A stretch of DNA of 64,000 bases from Octopus sinensis (GCF_006345805.1 NC_043021.1:5704001-5768000), one strand, 5' to 3'; positions 48,866 to 61,472 are shown, numbered from the stretch's first letter. Program-made: numbers and translations. Notes: generated from the letters alone by a model not told the origin.

Positions 48866-49214
48866 TTTCAGTCATTTGACTGGCCAAGCTGGAGCACCGC
48901 CTTTAGTCGAGCAAATCGACCCTGGGACTTATTCTTTGTAAACCCAGTACATATTCTATCGGTCTCTTTTGCCGAACCGCTGCGTGACGGGGACGGAAAC
49001 ACACCAGCATCGGTTGTCGAGCGATGCTAGAGGGACAGATACATACATACATATATGACAGGCTTCTTTCAGTTTCTGTCTACCAAATCCACTCACAAGG
49101 CATTGGTCGGCCCGAGGCTATAGCAGAAGACACTTGCCCAAGATGCCACGCAGTGGGACTGACCCGGAACTATATGGTTGGTAAGCAAGCTACTTACCAC
49201 ACAGCCACTCCTGC
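48866..49214 (-). mobile_element. tRNA SINE, family D (head cgcaggagtggctgtgtggtaag)
   Basis: Full copy; fragments at ~3690, 7220, 13345, 15800, 51054 and 57325. Confidence 0.8.
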
Positions 49215-50166
49215 GAAAACTCCTTTCTTTTGTACTTATTAAATTTCATTTGAGCCAAAGTTTATAAAATAGAAGTATTAAGAAAGTTTATTACTGCATG
49301 TATGTATGTATGTGTGTGTGTGTTTGTTCATGTGTTACATACATACATACGTTGTGATGTTGTCTATATGTTCTGAAAATCCCTTGTCATTCATGTTAAG
49401 GAAGTCTGAAGGGTGTCTCACTGGTATTCACAAGGAAACAGAAATACCAAGATTACACACTGTTTCTTTGTGGATAGTTTAAAACTTTAGGCAAAGAATA
49501 TACATGGGACGAAAAAGAGCCTTCGTGTGTGAAGGAACGGAGGAAAATGTTGCTTAACAATAGGAATTAAGTCTGGTGGGTAAGGTATTTTAAGAACGTT
49601 TTTGATTAGAGAAGGCTGTAGTAAGCTGTCATGTGTGATAGAATATGTTAAGGTGATACAATGACTGTATGTGAGAAAAAAGTTAAAAGGTAAGAAAAAG
49701 TGAGTAGGAATGATTTCTGCCTTTTGTTGTCTAATGAGAATGCAGCCTTTATTATCAGGTTACTAATAAGTTGCTAAACTGGATATTCCTACATTACTTT
49801 GTCAAAATATTTCTCAACATAGAAGGTGTGTATGTGTGTGGGTGTTCCTTAATTTGGTTATGAAGTTTCCAGATTATGCTGCCGATTTGACGATCTTTTA
49901 CAGTGTGCCATTTGAGCATGGAGACATGTTTGTGTCATAGATACGGAAGTTTGTTAGCATACACATATTGGTTTCATGTAGTTTTTTTTTGGGGGGGGGG
50001 GGGGCAGAGAGTTGATATAAAAAGGATCCGGAATGTGCCAGATTTATGTTTAAACCTTCTCAGCAAATGGCTTTTTTTTGAATGACAGTGGTGGTAGTAG
50101 TAGACTAATATTTGGTAGTCTAAGAAAGCATGTCTCCTTGTGGTGTTGATCTAGTCGGTAATGAGT

Positions 50167-50478
50167 GAAAGGCGGCCAGCTGGCAGAAACGTTAGCATGC
50201 TTAAGTGATATTTTGTCTGCCGTTACATTCTGAGTTCAAATTCCGATGAGGTCGACTTCGCCTTTCATCCTTTCTGGGTTGACTAAATAAGTACCAGTTG
50301 TGCACTGGGGTTGATATCATCGACTTAATCCGTGTAGGTTGACTTTGCCTTTCATCCTTTCGGGGTCGATTAAATAAGTACCAGTTACGCACTGGGGTTG
50401 ATATAATCGACTTAATCCGTGTGTCTGTCCTTGTTTGTCCCCTCTATGTTTAGCCTCTTGTGGGCAATAAAGAAATAG
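50167..50478 (+). mobile_element. CORE-type tRNA SINE with a duplicated core
   Basis: Core segment is present twice. Confidence 0.75.
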
Positions 50479-51474
50479 GTAATGAGTGAAAGATGTGGGG
50501 CACCCATTAGAATTGTTGGAAATATGCAATCTAAAAGGCTTAATCAGTCACTTTGCTACATCTGTTCTGCTTGGTGATATCACCTTCTTATGAGACGTAG
50601 TACAAAGTCAAATTGTGCATGAGATCCTATTCCATCAGGGTGTTCAGCAGTGAAATCAATGTGGCTATCAATATTTTTGAGTGTATGAAAGACAGAATTA
50701 CCTTCAATGAGGGGAGGATGTGAGAATAAGTATGTAGTGATGCGATCTTGGAAATCTTCAGCATGCACGAGCAGAGATGGAATCTTCTGGAAGGCCTGCT
50801 GAAAGTTCCCTCATGTGCATGCACAGAAAACTAGCAGCAGCAAAGTTCTCTTTTATCTCTCTCTTTGATGCTAGCAGCTGAACGATACAGATGTGTCTCC
50901 AGCTGCTACCTCGTAGCGCATCCCCGCTATGCTTGAACGGGCAGGATTTACTCACTCCAGTTGACTACTGCCAATTCTCCCAGAGGAAGGAAATGTTTAT
51001 ATTGCAAATCAAAGAATAATTATTTATACTTTCTTTATCGTTTATCTTTTATCTTTTACTTGTTTCAGTCATTTGACTGCGGCCATGCTGGAGCACCGCC
51101 TTTAGTCGAGCAAATCGACCCCGGGACTTATTCTTTGTAAGCCCAGTACTTATTCTATCGGTCTCTTTTGCCGAACCGCTAAGTTGAAGTTAACAGAAAA
51201 TCTTGACTCGTTCTTCAATTAATATTTAATGTAAAGGATGCGAGCAGCACCCATCCAGGTGCGGGAATCTCTCATCCTGTTACACGTATGTCATCAACAT
51301 AACTTTATATTGACTGCTCGACTCACAGATGCTTAGCTTGAAGTTTCACACATGAAAAAAGCCTGATCAATAGGTTGATTACTTCTAAATAAGTGTCTGA
51401 AAGATCAGATGTGTTTCTTGCATCTGTGAAACTTCAAGTAATGTGTCTCTGAGTCAAACTTTTTATGCAAAGAT

Positions 51475-52390
51475 TCAGACTCCATGAAACGCTTTGAATG
51501 CTGTTTTCTCGAAAAGTACTGACGGAAACCTCTTCATTAAAGTGTCCAGTTTAAACAATCCTATGAGATTGCAGGCATCTGTGCTGTGGAAAGCTCCCAT
51601 TGCCACTTTGAAGGGGCCAATCGATTCAGTCTGCTTGACCCAGCCTGAACCTTTATTGAATAGCAGCATTTTCCTAATGTGCATAATTATGTTTATGCCC
51701 TCATTGCTAATGTCATTAGAATTCCTGGCTAGTAACCTTTTCGATATAGACAGATAAAAAATTCACTCTATCAAAACTGGGTGAACATTACTCTGCTTCT
51801 ACTCTGGTTGGCTTTAAATCATAAGATAACTTTATTGGTATTATGTTATGAGGAGAGATTGGATGCCTTCATTATGTCCTTGTTCATGTTTCTTAGTATG
51901 CGGTTGTTCACCAGTCTGATTTCTGATTCAGCCTGGTTTATCAAGTGACATTTAGGGTTAGAGGCAAAGTTTGGCTTCTGGTGTTTGATGGTGATAAAGG
52001 CATTTGTCATAGCTAACACATCCACCCTATTGGCTATACCTAGGTTGTTGGCTTCATTGTTTATACTATTGTACTTTTAACAACACATACTCTTGTATTT
52101 ATGTGGGGAAGAGCATCTATATTTCAATGTGATGCTATTGTTTAAAAGCCTACCGTACGTGCATGTGTCTACCCTATATAGTATTTTTTTGGTTGTGTGA
52201 GAGAAGAGTAGAGCCCAATTCAAATTTTTCAGGAGATGTCAATCAGAAGAGATCTTGCCCTGAAAGGAGCTAGAAGACTTACAGAATTTCAGTTTGGGGA
52301 TGATGCTCAGCCGGTCTGCTTTGAAGGCTCTAAGGTCTTTGATCTTGGGTGAGAATCTCCTGGATTTGCTGTCCCCTGACAATCAATCCT
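51475..52390 (-). pseudogene. Decayed Penelope-like retroelement ORF (reverse transcriptase region)
   Basis: Frame-broken translation gives KIKDLRAFKAD..., LYRVD.CTY.RLL..SIT.KY, INNEA..LGIANRV...AFITIK..KPNF..NPKC.LINQAESEI, QF(DIVEF)Y.SIS, IIMHIRKMLLFN...WVK and F.VAMGAF.....C.LIGLF.L. These are collinear with PLE RT motifs. Confidence 0.85.
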
Positions 52391-53124
52391 GGCTCCTTCA
52401 CGAAATCAACAGGAGAAGTGTGGGTAAAGGAGGTGGAAACTCCAAAGATTAAACCAGGATTACAGGAATCCTGTATCCTAGGGTGGAGATCCTGTCAGTG
52501 ATGGTGTCACGGGGGGAAAAAAAGTACTGGTGGTTGTGCAACCTAAAATTTACTAACCCTCATCATGAGTGCTGAAATGTCAAATAAAAATAGAAATGAG
52601 AATGGCATGAATGAGGCTGGTAAAAGAGGGGTGTCAGAAACATCTAGATAAGATCCCAGGAGAACCATGTCTCAGAGAAATGCAAAAGAACGTGCTGACA
52701 AGTACTGCCCACATCTTTACCGTTTACCTTTTTAGTAATCAAAGGGGTCCATAGGTAAAAAATGGTTGAGAACCTCTGGTCTAAACAAACAGGTAGAAAT
52801 GGCACCCTACACATACTTTCTCCCCCATCCCCTATCTCTTCAAATTCCTATGTTTTCAACAATGGAGATTACGATTTGATTTTGCATGCCAGCTGCTTAT
52901 GGTAATTTTCACTTTGTGATCATAAACTGGAAAAAGCAAAATTGATTAAATAGTTTTTCTTTTAAAGACATGACTTGTACGCAGTTTGACAAAACAATTT
53001 GCGCTAAACGTGAGAAAAAAATTCATGTTTTATTCAATAGCTTAAATAAAGTCCAACCCATGCTAGCATGGAGAACGGACGTTAAACGATGACGAAAGCA
53101 ATGGAACAAACAAACAAATATATA

Positions 53125-53480
53125 GGCGCAGGAGTGGCTGTGTGGGAAGTAGCTTATTTACCAACCACATGGTTCCGGGTTCATTCCCACTGCGTGGCAC
53201 CTTGGGCAAGTGTCTTCTATTATAGCCTGGGGCCAACCAAGGCCTTGTGAGTGGATTTGGTATATATATATGTATATGTATATATATGTGTGTCTGTGTT
53301 TGTCCCCCCAACATCGCTTGACAACCGATGGTGGTGTGTTTACGTTCCTGTAACTTAGCGGTTTGGCTAAAGAGACCAACAGAATAGTACTAGGCTTCCA
53401 AAGAATAAGTCCTGGGGTTGATTTGCTCGACTAAAGGCGGTGCTCCAGCATGGCCGCAGTCAAATGACTGAAGCAAGTAA
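53125..53480 (+). mobile_element. tRNA SINE, family D
   Basis: Full copy, reverse complement of 48866-49214. Confidence 0.8.
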
Positions 53481-53721
53481 AAGAGCAAAAGAGTAAAAAA
53501 AAAAGAGTATATCAAACCAGTCATTTAGGTTTCCTGTTTACCTCCTTCCTCCATTAGGTTCTGTTATTGCTTTGTAGTAGGTCAACGAAGGTCACATAAT
53601 GCTAAATTCTTCAATCTTTGTGATACCTGGCCATATCAAACTCATTTATAAGCTTTTCTATTTTACGAGGATGGGCTGAATAGTTAATAGGCTGACTATG
53701 AAGGAGTGGTGCTGGAATGAG

Positions 53722-54112
53722 AAGCACTCCGTCGGTTACGACGACGAGGGTTCCGGTTGATCCGAATCAACGGAACAGCCTGCTCGTGAAATTAACATGT
53801 AAGTGGCTGAGCACTCCACAGACACGTGTACCCTTAACGTAGTTCTCGGGGATATTCAGCGTGACACACAGAATGTGACAAGGCTGGCCCTTTGAAATAC
53901 AGGTACAACAGAAACAGGAAGTAAGAGTGAGAGAGAGAAAGTTGTGGTGAAAGAGTACAGCGGGGATCACCACCATCCCCTGCCGGAGCCTCGTGGAGCT
54001 TTTTTAGGTGTTTCCGCTCAATAAACACTCACAATGCCCGGTCTGGGAATCGAAACCGCGATCCTATGACTGCGAGTCCGCTGCCCTAACCACTGGGCCA
54101 TTGCGCCTCCAC
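53722..54112 (-). mobile_element. tRNA SINE, family B
   Basis: Near-identical to 17139-17521. Confidence 0.8.
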
Positions 54113-54335
54113 GATGAAGGAGTGATACTAGTGATCCATTAGTTTCAATTCTTATTAATAACTGAATTGCTTCTTTCCAGGCAAACTGACAACTGACTGT
54201 TCAAAGAAGACTTCAGAAGAAAGTAGTAGCAATGTCTTTTGAAAATGGACAAAATTTGGTATAAATAGATACACACAAACACATATATACAAACAGATCT
54301 CCTTCCACCCCCTTCAACACACACACATATATATT

Positions 54336-54795
54336 TCTTTACTACCCACAAGGGGCTAAACACAGAGGGGACAAACAAGGACAGACAAAGGGATTAAGTC
54401 GATTACATCGACCCCAGTGCGAAACTGGTACTTTATTTATCGACCCCGAAAGGATGAAAGGCAAAGTCAATCTCGGCGGCTAAACATAGAGGGGACAAAC
54501 ATGGACAGACAAAGGGATTAAGTCGATTACGTCGACCCCAGTACGAAACTGGTACTTTATTTATCGACCCCGAAAGGATGAAAGGCAAAGTCAATCTCGG
54601 CGGCTAAACATAGAGGGGACAAACATGGACAGACAAAGGGATTAAGTCGATTACGTCGACCCCCAGTGCGAAACTGGTACTTTATTTATCGACCCCGAAA
54701 GGATGAAAGGCAGAATTTGAACTCAGAACGTAACAACAGACGAAATACCGCTAAACATTTCGCCCGGCGCGCTAACGTTTCTGCCAGCTCGCCGC
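54336..54795 (-). mobile_element. CORE-type SINE with internal triplication (~123-bp unit)
   Basis: Units start near 54358, 54481 and 54605. Confidence 0.8.
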
Positions 54796-55078
54796 GTTTC
54801 AACACACATATATACTTGAGCAAACCTAAAGTTGCAGTCATTCCAGTCATGGCCATCCTGCTTTTTTTTTTTTTTTCTCTCTTCAGGTGTAGTATATCTA
54901 GGATTAAATTATTTAATGACTTTCGTTGTAGGCTGAATGTAATTTGAGGAAAATTTGGCTGCTATTTCTAGCAAGTCATGTGACCACAAAGAGGCAGTAT
55001 CTGTTTATCATCAGAAGAGTTACATTAAATATTAAACAGAACCTGAAAGACTACTTTAAAAAACATGGAGAATTCTAA

Positions 55079-55079
<1 letters not shown>

Positions 55080-55131
<52 letters not shown>

Positions 55132-55216
55132 CCATAATAATAAAAATAATAATAATGATAATAATAATAATAATAATAATAAAAAAATAATAATAATAAT
55201 AATAAAAAAAAAATAA

Positions 55217-55247
<31 letters not shown>

Positions 55248-55338
55248 AATAAAAATAATAATAATAATAACAATGATAATGATAATAATAATAAAAATAA
55301 TAATAATAATAACAACAACAACAACAACAATAATAATG

Positions 55339-55374
<36 letters not shown>

Positions 55375-55396
55375 TAATGATAAAAAAAAAATAATG

Positions 55397-55429
<33 letters not shown>

Positions 55430-55430
55430 T
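55080..55430. repeat. (AAT)n microsatellite
   Basis: Direct inspection. Confidence 0.95.
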
Positions 55431-56292
55431 GTGGAAACATAAATATAAATATGCCTGTTCCAAGTATCATAGTACTAATAGTAGCTCTTTTGGTTGTATA
55501 TTTGATTTGAAAAATATCTTTAATCTTTCGTTTCAGTTAAGTTACGGGGACGGGTTAATATCTAGTTTAACACCCGACCACAAAAAAAAGCAAAATAAAA
55601 ACATACAAAAAAAACAAGTGTAATAGGTGTAAAAAAATGTGTAGTAAACGAAATCTGAAACAAAAATTTACGCAAATGAACCAGGGGTGGGGGAGAGGAT
55701 TTTTGGAAAATTCCCACGATGTGAATTTTTTCCTCATAATTTTTCTAGGAAAATGGATATCTTTCAATGAAATTTTATATAAATACCTTTCAAACAGCAT
55801 ACATTACGATTATAAAGAAATTTGGGAGGAAAATTTTTCTGGCGGAGTGAGGAGAGGAGTTTCGAAAAAACAATGGTCTTCCACATAAGTTAATTTTTTT
55901 TTTTACTCTCCCCATTCCCGCTCCAAACCAATTTTGGCCAATTTTTGGCACTTAAAAACTTTGTGGGGAGCCTTTTTGGTAAAGGAATTGTAGATATTTT
56001 CAGAGACAAAAGTGTGATTTAAGGGAGATTTGGCTGTCGTTTCTAGCACATCCCAAGACAACCTTCCTCGTTTCTTTCTCACTCCTACCATGTATTGATG
56101 TTTTTCAATATTTTTCTCCCCCATATACGCATTTATACTATAAAAAAAAATTTGAAAATTTATGATTTTTTAAAAATCCCACTCCCCGCCTCTGATTGTT
56201 TCTCTTTATAATTTAAAATATTGAAGAGCCTGAGCTCATTTCTGGCATTTCTCCACAGTGATTTTTAAAAAATAGGTATGTAAAAGATAAAT

Positions 56293-56466
56293 GGCGATCC
56301 TTCGGTATAGGTACCGCAAGTGGCTTTGTTTATATTTCTGAAGATAACAGAAACCCTTTTCTCCCACCCCTAATCCTAACCCTGACCCTAACACCCCCTA
56401 AATATATATATAAAAAAAATCTTGAAATGTATCCAGTACTTCCGGTACCTATACCGAAGTTACGCC
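56293..56466. mobile_element. MITE A with internal (CCCTAA)-like repeats and 8-bp TSD AGATAAAT
   Basis: TIR CTTCGGTATAGGTACCG(C/G)AAGT; GG...CC termini. Confidence 0.75.
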
Positions 56467-56475
56467 AGATAAATG

Positions 56476-56611
56476 GGCACTATTTAAATACAGAGGTCCC
56501 GATGCATCTATGTAAGGATATGTTTTTACAGTGCATACTCGGTAGGGTTAGGGTTAGTTTTAGGGCTAGGGTTACGTAGATGCGTCAGGACCTCTGTATT
56601 TAAGTAGTACC
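56476..56611. mobile_element. MITE B with 40-bp TIR and internal (TTAGGG)-like repeats
   Basis: GGCACTATTTAAATACAGAGGTCC... with matching inverted end; GG...CC termini. Confidence 0.75.
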
Positions 56612-57784
56612 AGAAAATGGGGTTTTTTTCTTACACACACACACGGCCTTGCTTAATTAAGATAGGGGTAAAAATTTAAATTACCATTTTTTTCATTGAT
56701 GCTTATATCCCACCAATGGAGCACGCGTGTAGTCCATTGATATCATGGAAGGGAAGAAAAAAAAAATCATAAATTTTCCAAATCGTTTTTTTAAATAAAA
56801 AGATGCTCCCATCATTGTGGTGAAAAACAACAGGAAAAATCCCCGTCAAAACGGAGAAATTCCAACTTATGTGGTCTTCTTGATCCGAAATTCCTCTCCT
56901 CATCACTCCAGAAAAATAATTCCCCTCCACAAATTTCTTTCTAATTGTAATCTATTCCGTTTGAAAAGTATTTGTATAAACTTTCATTAAAAGATACACA
57001 TTTTCCTGAAAGTTATGAGGGGAAAAAAGCGGATCGTGTGAATTTTCCCTATATCCTCTCACCACACGTTCAGGAAAAAATTTTCCCCACAAATTTCTTT
57101 CTAATCGTAATCTATGAAAGGTATTTATATTAAATTTCATTAAAAGATATCCATTTTCCTGAAAGTTATGAGGGAAAAAAGCGATCGTGTGAATTTTCCG
57201 AAAGTCCTATAACACCTTTTTTTTTGTTTTGGTGGCCAGGTGTTAAACTGAATATTAACCAGGTGTGGTGGGTTAATATCTAGTTGACACACACAAATAC
57301 ACACACACACACACACATACATATACGACGGGCTTCTTTCAGTTTCCGTCTATCAAATCCACTCACAAGGTTTTGGTTAGCCCGAGGCTGTAAAAGACAT
57401 TTGCTCAAGGTGCCATGCAGTGGGACTGAACCCGGAAACGTGGTTGGGAAACAAAAAATTTAGCTGATATTTTTAGGGAGTCGAAAAACCGCGAAAGCGC
57501 AGGTTTTTTTCAGTTGAAAGTTTACTATATGTTATGTGTACTTTGTCCCTCATACACCTAGCACACATCTTTCGTCTCCTACATTAGTAGTTGTCACGAA
57601 GTTTTCCACATGACTGACTGCTTAACTGATATCAGAAACCCACCTATTGCTACATACATACATACATACGTACATACATACATACAGGTGTGTATGTGTG
57701 TGTGTGGGAGTGTAGGTACGTACACACACATACAAAACTTAAATAGAAGGCAACCTACATTTAAAAAAACAGCAGTGGTGGTAG

Positions 57785-58050
57785 TAGTAGTAGTGTGTGT
57801 ATATGGGTGTGTATGTGAGTGTGTATGTATATGTGAGTGTGTGTATGTGAGTGTGTGTGTGTATATGGGTGTGTGTATGTGAATGTGTGTGTATATGGGT
57901 GTGTGTGTGTATATGGGTGTGTGTATATGTGAGTGTGTGTGTGTATATAGGTGTGGGTGTGGGTGTGTATGTGAGTGTGTGTGTGTGTATATGGGTGTGT
58001 GTGTGTATGGGAGTGTGTGTGTGTGTGTATGGGTGGGTGTGTGCGTGTAT
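57785..58050. repeat. Complex (GT)n / GTATATGG repeat
   Basis: Direct inspection. Confidence 0.9.
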
Positions 58051-58422
58051 CTGTGAGTGAGAAACGAATGAAAAGCCAAGAACAAGTTTCTGTTGAGATA
58101 ACATTAATTTCTTGACCAATGGTGCATCAAAATTACCATCACATGACAGGTAGATCGTTAATTCCATGGTAACCAGCGCACCTTAACCTAGTATATCAAG
58201 AGAAAAAAGAAAAAAAAAAGTCCCATTCTACCTGTTGACATAATATTTAGCCACGTACTTTGTGTGTGAGTTTTATATATACAATCTGCTGTCTGGGACA
58301 CGGCCGTCACCATTGATATAATCATTACTGCTACAAATAATCCGCTCAGGAAACTCTATTAAAAACTTTTATTTTCTAAATTTTAAAGTATACCAAAAAC
58401 AGTAAATATATTTTCAGTACAC

Positions 58423-59201
58423 ATGCAAATCTACTGGAATATCTTGGTCTTTTTTGCTACAAGCACTGTTTCCGTGCTTGGAGATATTAAGCAGGATGTG
58501 GTCTACGAGTTCAGTTCTCTCACCTTCGAATCGGTATCGGGAGTTCACAGTTCGTCAGAAAATGTGGTTACGGGCATTCAAGTCTACAACGATACAGTCT
58601 ACGTGAACATACCACGCCTCACTCCAAATGTTCCAGTAACGTTGGCGACTGTCGCGAAGAAAAACGGTAAAGTTGTCTTCAAGCCTTTCCCAACCTTGCA
58701 ATATCAAACATTAGGTAACTGCGATGCCTTGCAATCGGTCGGCGCAATACGTGTGGTTCGTAAAACGAACCTGCTCTACATAGCAGATAATAAGTACTTA
58801 GACTGTAATGCCAAATTAATTATTTTCGATTTAGTCAAACGAACGATAAAAAAGAAATATGAATTTTCCAGTTCGGATATCGATGAAAAACTAAACTCCA
58901 CACAATTTGAGGACATCGTCGTCGATGGTGCAGGAAATGCGTACATAGCAAATGCTGGAAAACCCGGTTCAATCATAGTTTACAGGAATAAGATGTCGAA
59001 AAGCTTTGTTTTCTATGATCGAATGTTGGAGATCATCGATCCTGTCACTTTCAAATTTGGCAACGATTCGTACAATGTGAATCAAAGTATAAGCGAAATG
59101 ACACTTTCACCCGATGATGATTACTTATTCTTCGTTATTCATTATAAGAAGACTGTCCAAGTCCCGACAAAATCTTTTGAGGATATTGCAACCCGAACGC
59201 G
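58423..59201 (+). CDS. Yellow / major royal jelly protein (MRJP-domain) family secreted protein, large first coding exon; remainder not found in the window
   Basis: Hydrophobic signal peptide followed by Yellow-type motifs GIQVY...YVNIPR...VPVTLATV, KPFP...LGNCDALQSV, C.AKLIIFDL, DIVVD...AYIA and LSPD..YL. Acceptor ttttcag at 58417 and donor CG|gtaggt at 59201/59202; the ORF stop lies inside the intron. Confidence 0.8.
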
Positions 59202-59239
59202 GTAGGTGGAACACATTCATTTGAAACTTTTATTGTTTT

Positions 59240-60680
59240 GTGGCGAACTGGCAGAAACGTTAGCACGCCGGGCGAAATGCGTAGCCGTATTTCGTCTGCC
59301 GTTACGTTCTCAGTTCAAATTCCGCCGAGGTCGACTTTGCCTTTCATCCTTTCGGGGTCGATAAAATAAGTACCAGTTACGCACTGGAGTCGATGTAATC
59401 GACTTAATCCGTCTGTCTGTCCTTGTTTGTCCTCTCTGTGTTTAGCCCCTTGTGGGTAGTAAAGAAATATATTGTTTGTGGTCGTGACGCCTGTTAAGGC
59501 TGCGATTCGGCAGTCGTTGGAGCAAAGGGGCGCATGCAGCCAGTCATAAAACCTCGTTGTTGTATAATCATCTCATTCATATTCGTTTTATGTATTGTCC
59601 CCTCTGTGGTGTCCTATCTGTCCTTGTCTGTCCCCCTCTGTTTTGGGCCCTTGTGGCTAATAAAGAAACAGTCGTTAGAGCAAAGCATTTTATCAGACAC
59701 TCTTCCTCACAAATCAGCTTCCTTCTACTTCTGTTCCCCGCGCGCTGTATTTCCCACCGCCCTTTCTCCCATTGTCCCTTCGCATCCTCGTGCACACTTC
59801 TGCACAAGATATTTTCCCTGTTAAGGTGGCGAGCTGGCAGAAACGGTAGCACGCCGGGCGAAATGCGTAGCCGTATTTCGTCTGCCGTTACGTTGTTCTC
59901 AGTTCAAATTCCGCCGAGGTCGACTTTGCCTTTCATCCTTTCGGGGTCGATTAAATAAGTACCAGTTACGCACTGGAGTCGATGTAATCGACTTAATCCG
60001 TCTGTCTGTCCTTGTTTGTCCACTCTGTATTTAGCCCCTTGTGGGTAGTAAAGAAATATATTGTTTGAGGCCGTAACGCCTGTTAAGGCTGCGATTCGGC
60101 AGTCGTTAGAGCAAAGGGGCGCATGCAGCCAGTCATATAACCTTGTTGTTGTATAATCATCTCATTCATATTCGTTTTATGTATTGTCCCCTCTGTGGTG
60201 TCCTATCTGTCCTTGTTTGTCCCCCTCTATTTTAGGCCCTTGTGGCTAATAAAGAAACAGTCGTAGAGCAAAGGATTTTATCAAACACTCTTCCTCACAA
60301 ATCAGCTGCCTTCTACTTCTGTTCCACGCGCGCTGTATTTCCCACTGCCCTTTCTCCCATTGTCCCTTCGCATCCTCGTGCACACTTCTGCACAAGATAT
60401 TTTCCCTGTTAAGGTGGCGAGCTGGCAGAAACGGTAGCACGCCGGGCGAAATGCGTAGCCGTATTTCGTCTGCCGTTACGTTCTGAGTTCAAATTCCGCC
60501 GAGGTCGACTTTGCCTTTCATCCTTTCGGGGTCGATAAATAAAGTACCAGTTACGCACTGCCTTTCATCCTTTCGGGGTCGATAAATAAAGTACCAGTTA
60601 CGCACTGGAGTCGATGTAATCGACTTAATCCGTTTGTCTCTTCTGTGTTTAGCCCCTTGTGGGTAGTAAAGAAATATATA
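59240..60680 (+). repeat. ~588-bp tandem duplication, about 2.4 units, each containing a CORE-SINE
   Basis: tgcacaagatattttccctg at 59801 and 60389; SINE copies at ~59240, 59823 and 60413. Confidence 0.85.
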
Positions 60681-61427
60681 TTTTCCCTGTTGAATTTCGT
60701 CCCTACAACATATCTTCTTAACACCCCTTCATCTCCCTGTATTTGTGTTCTCTCACTGCATTACCCTTCACTCCACTTCCATTCTCCTTTCGCAGTCTCG
60801 CGAACGTACCCAAACACTCATCATATTAAATCCCTGATTTCACTTCACTTAATACACTTCACTGTAACATGAGTGGAAGCTCCATTACCTCTTCACCACC
60901 TCTCTCTTCTTTCTATCTTCCTCCTCACTCTCCCGTCTCCACTCTCTCTTTCTGTCTCCTTCTATATCCCCCATCTCTCCAACTGAGGTAGCCATGTATC
61001 ACCTCTACTCCTACACACTAATTTCTGTCCATCTAATCACACTCTTAACATCTCATCCTCTGACACAAAGTCATCTCCTTCAGTGAAGGATCTTGTCTTA
61101 CAAATTACTTGGTGATCTCAATTCTGCTAGTGCTTCATGAAGGGCACCCAGTACACTCTGTAAGTGGTTGGCATTAGGGAGAGCAGTCACAGAAAACATA
61201 CCAAAGTAGACATTGAAGATTTGTGTAGTCTTCTGACTTGCCAGCTCAGGCCAAATTGTCCAAATCATGGAAGTTGTAGAAATGAGTTGCGACATCACTG
61301 GTGCCAAGCTGTATTGGACTTTGCCTTTCCCTTGGATAACATCAGTGGTGTGGAGAGGGGAAGCTGGTATGCATGGGCAACTGCTGGTCTTCCATTTTGA
61401 ATGATGATGATGATGGTTTACAATATA

Positions 61428-61472
<45 letters not shown>

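Larger units (their letters stand above)
55552..57260. mobile_element. Foldback-like element with ~300-bp diverged, modular inverted arms
   Basis: GGTTAATAT..AGTTTAACACC termini; subterminal module ggaaaatt...ggaaaatggatatc...aaagaaattt present once on the left and twice on the right. Confidence 0.6.

Noticed and set aside
51290-51301. YVDD motif on the minus strand next to the PLE remnant
   Set aside because: I could not place it in frame or at the expected spacing with the upstream RT motifs; it may be chance or a separate fragment.
56338-56356. CTGAAGA...GAAAC inside MITE A
   Set aside because: Only 5 nt separate the motifs, so stem II cannot form, and there is no stem I or III pairing.
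56368-56574. Interstitial telomere or chromosome-fusion scar
   Set aside because: Only 4-5 degenerate hexamers per tract, each enclosed by TIRs; better explained as MITE interiors.
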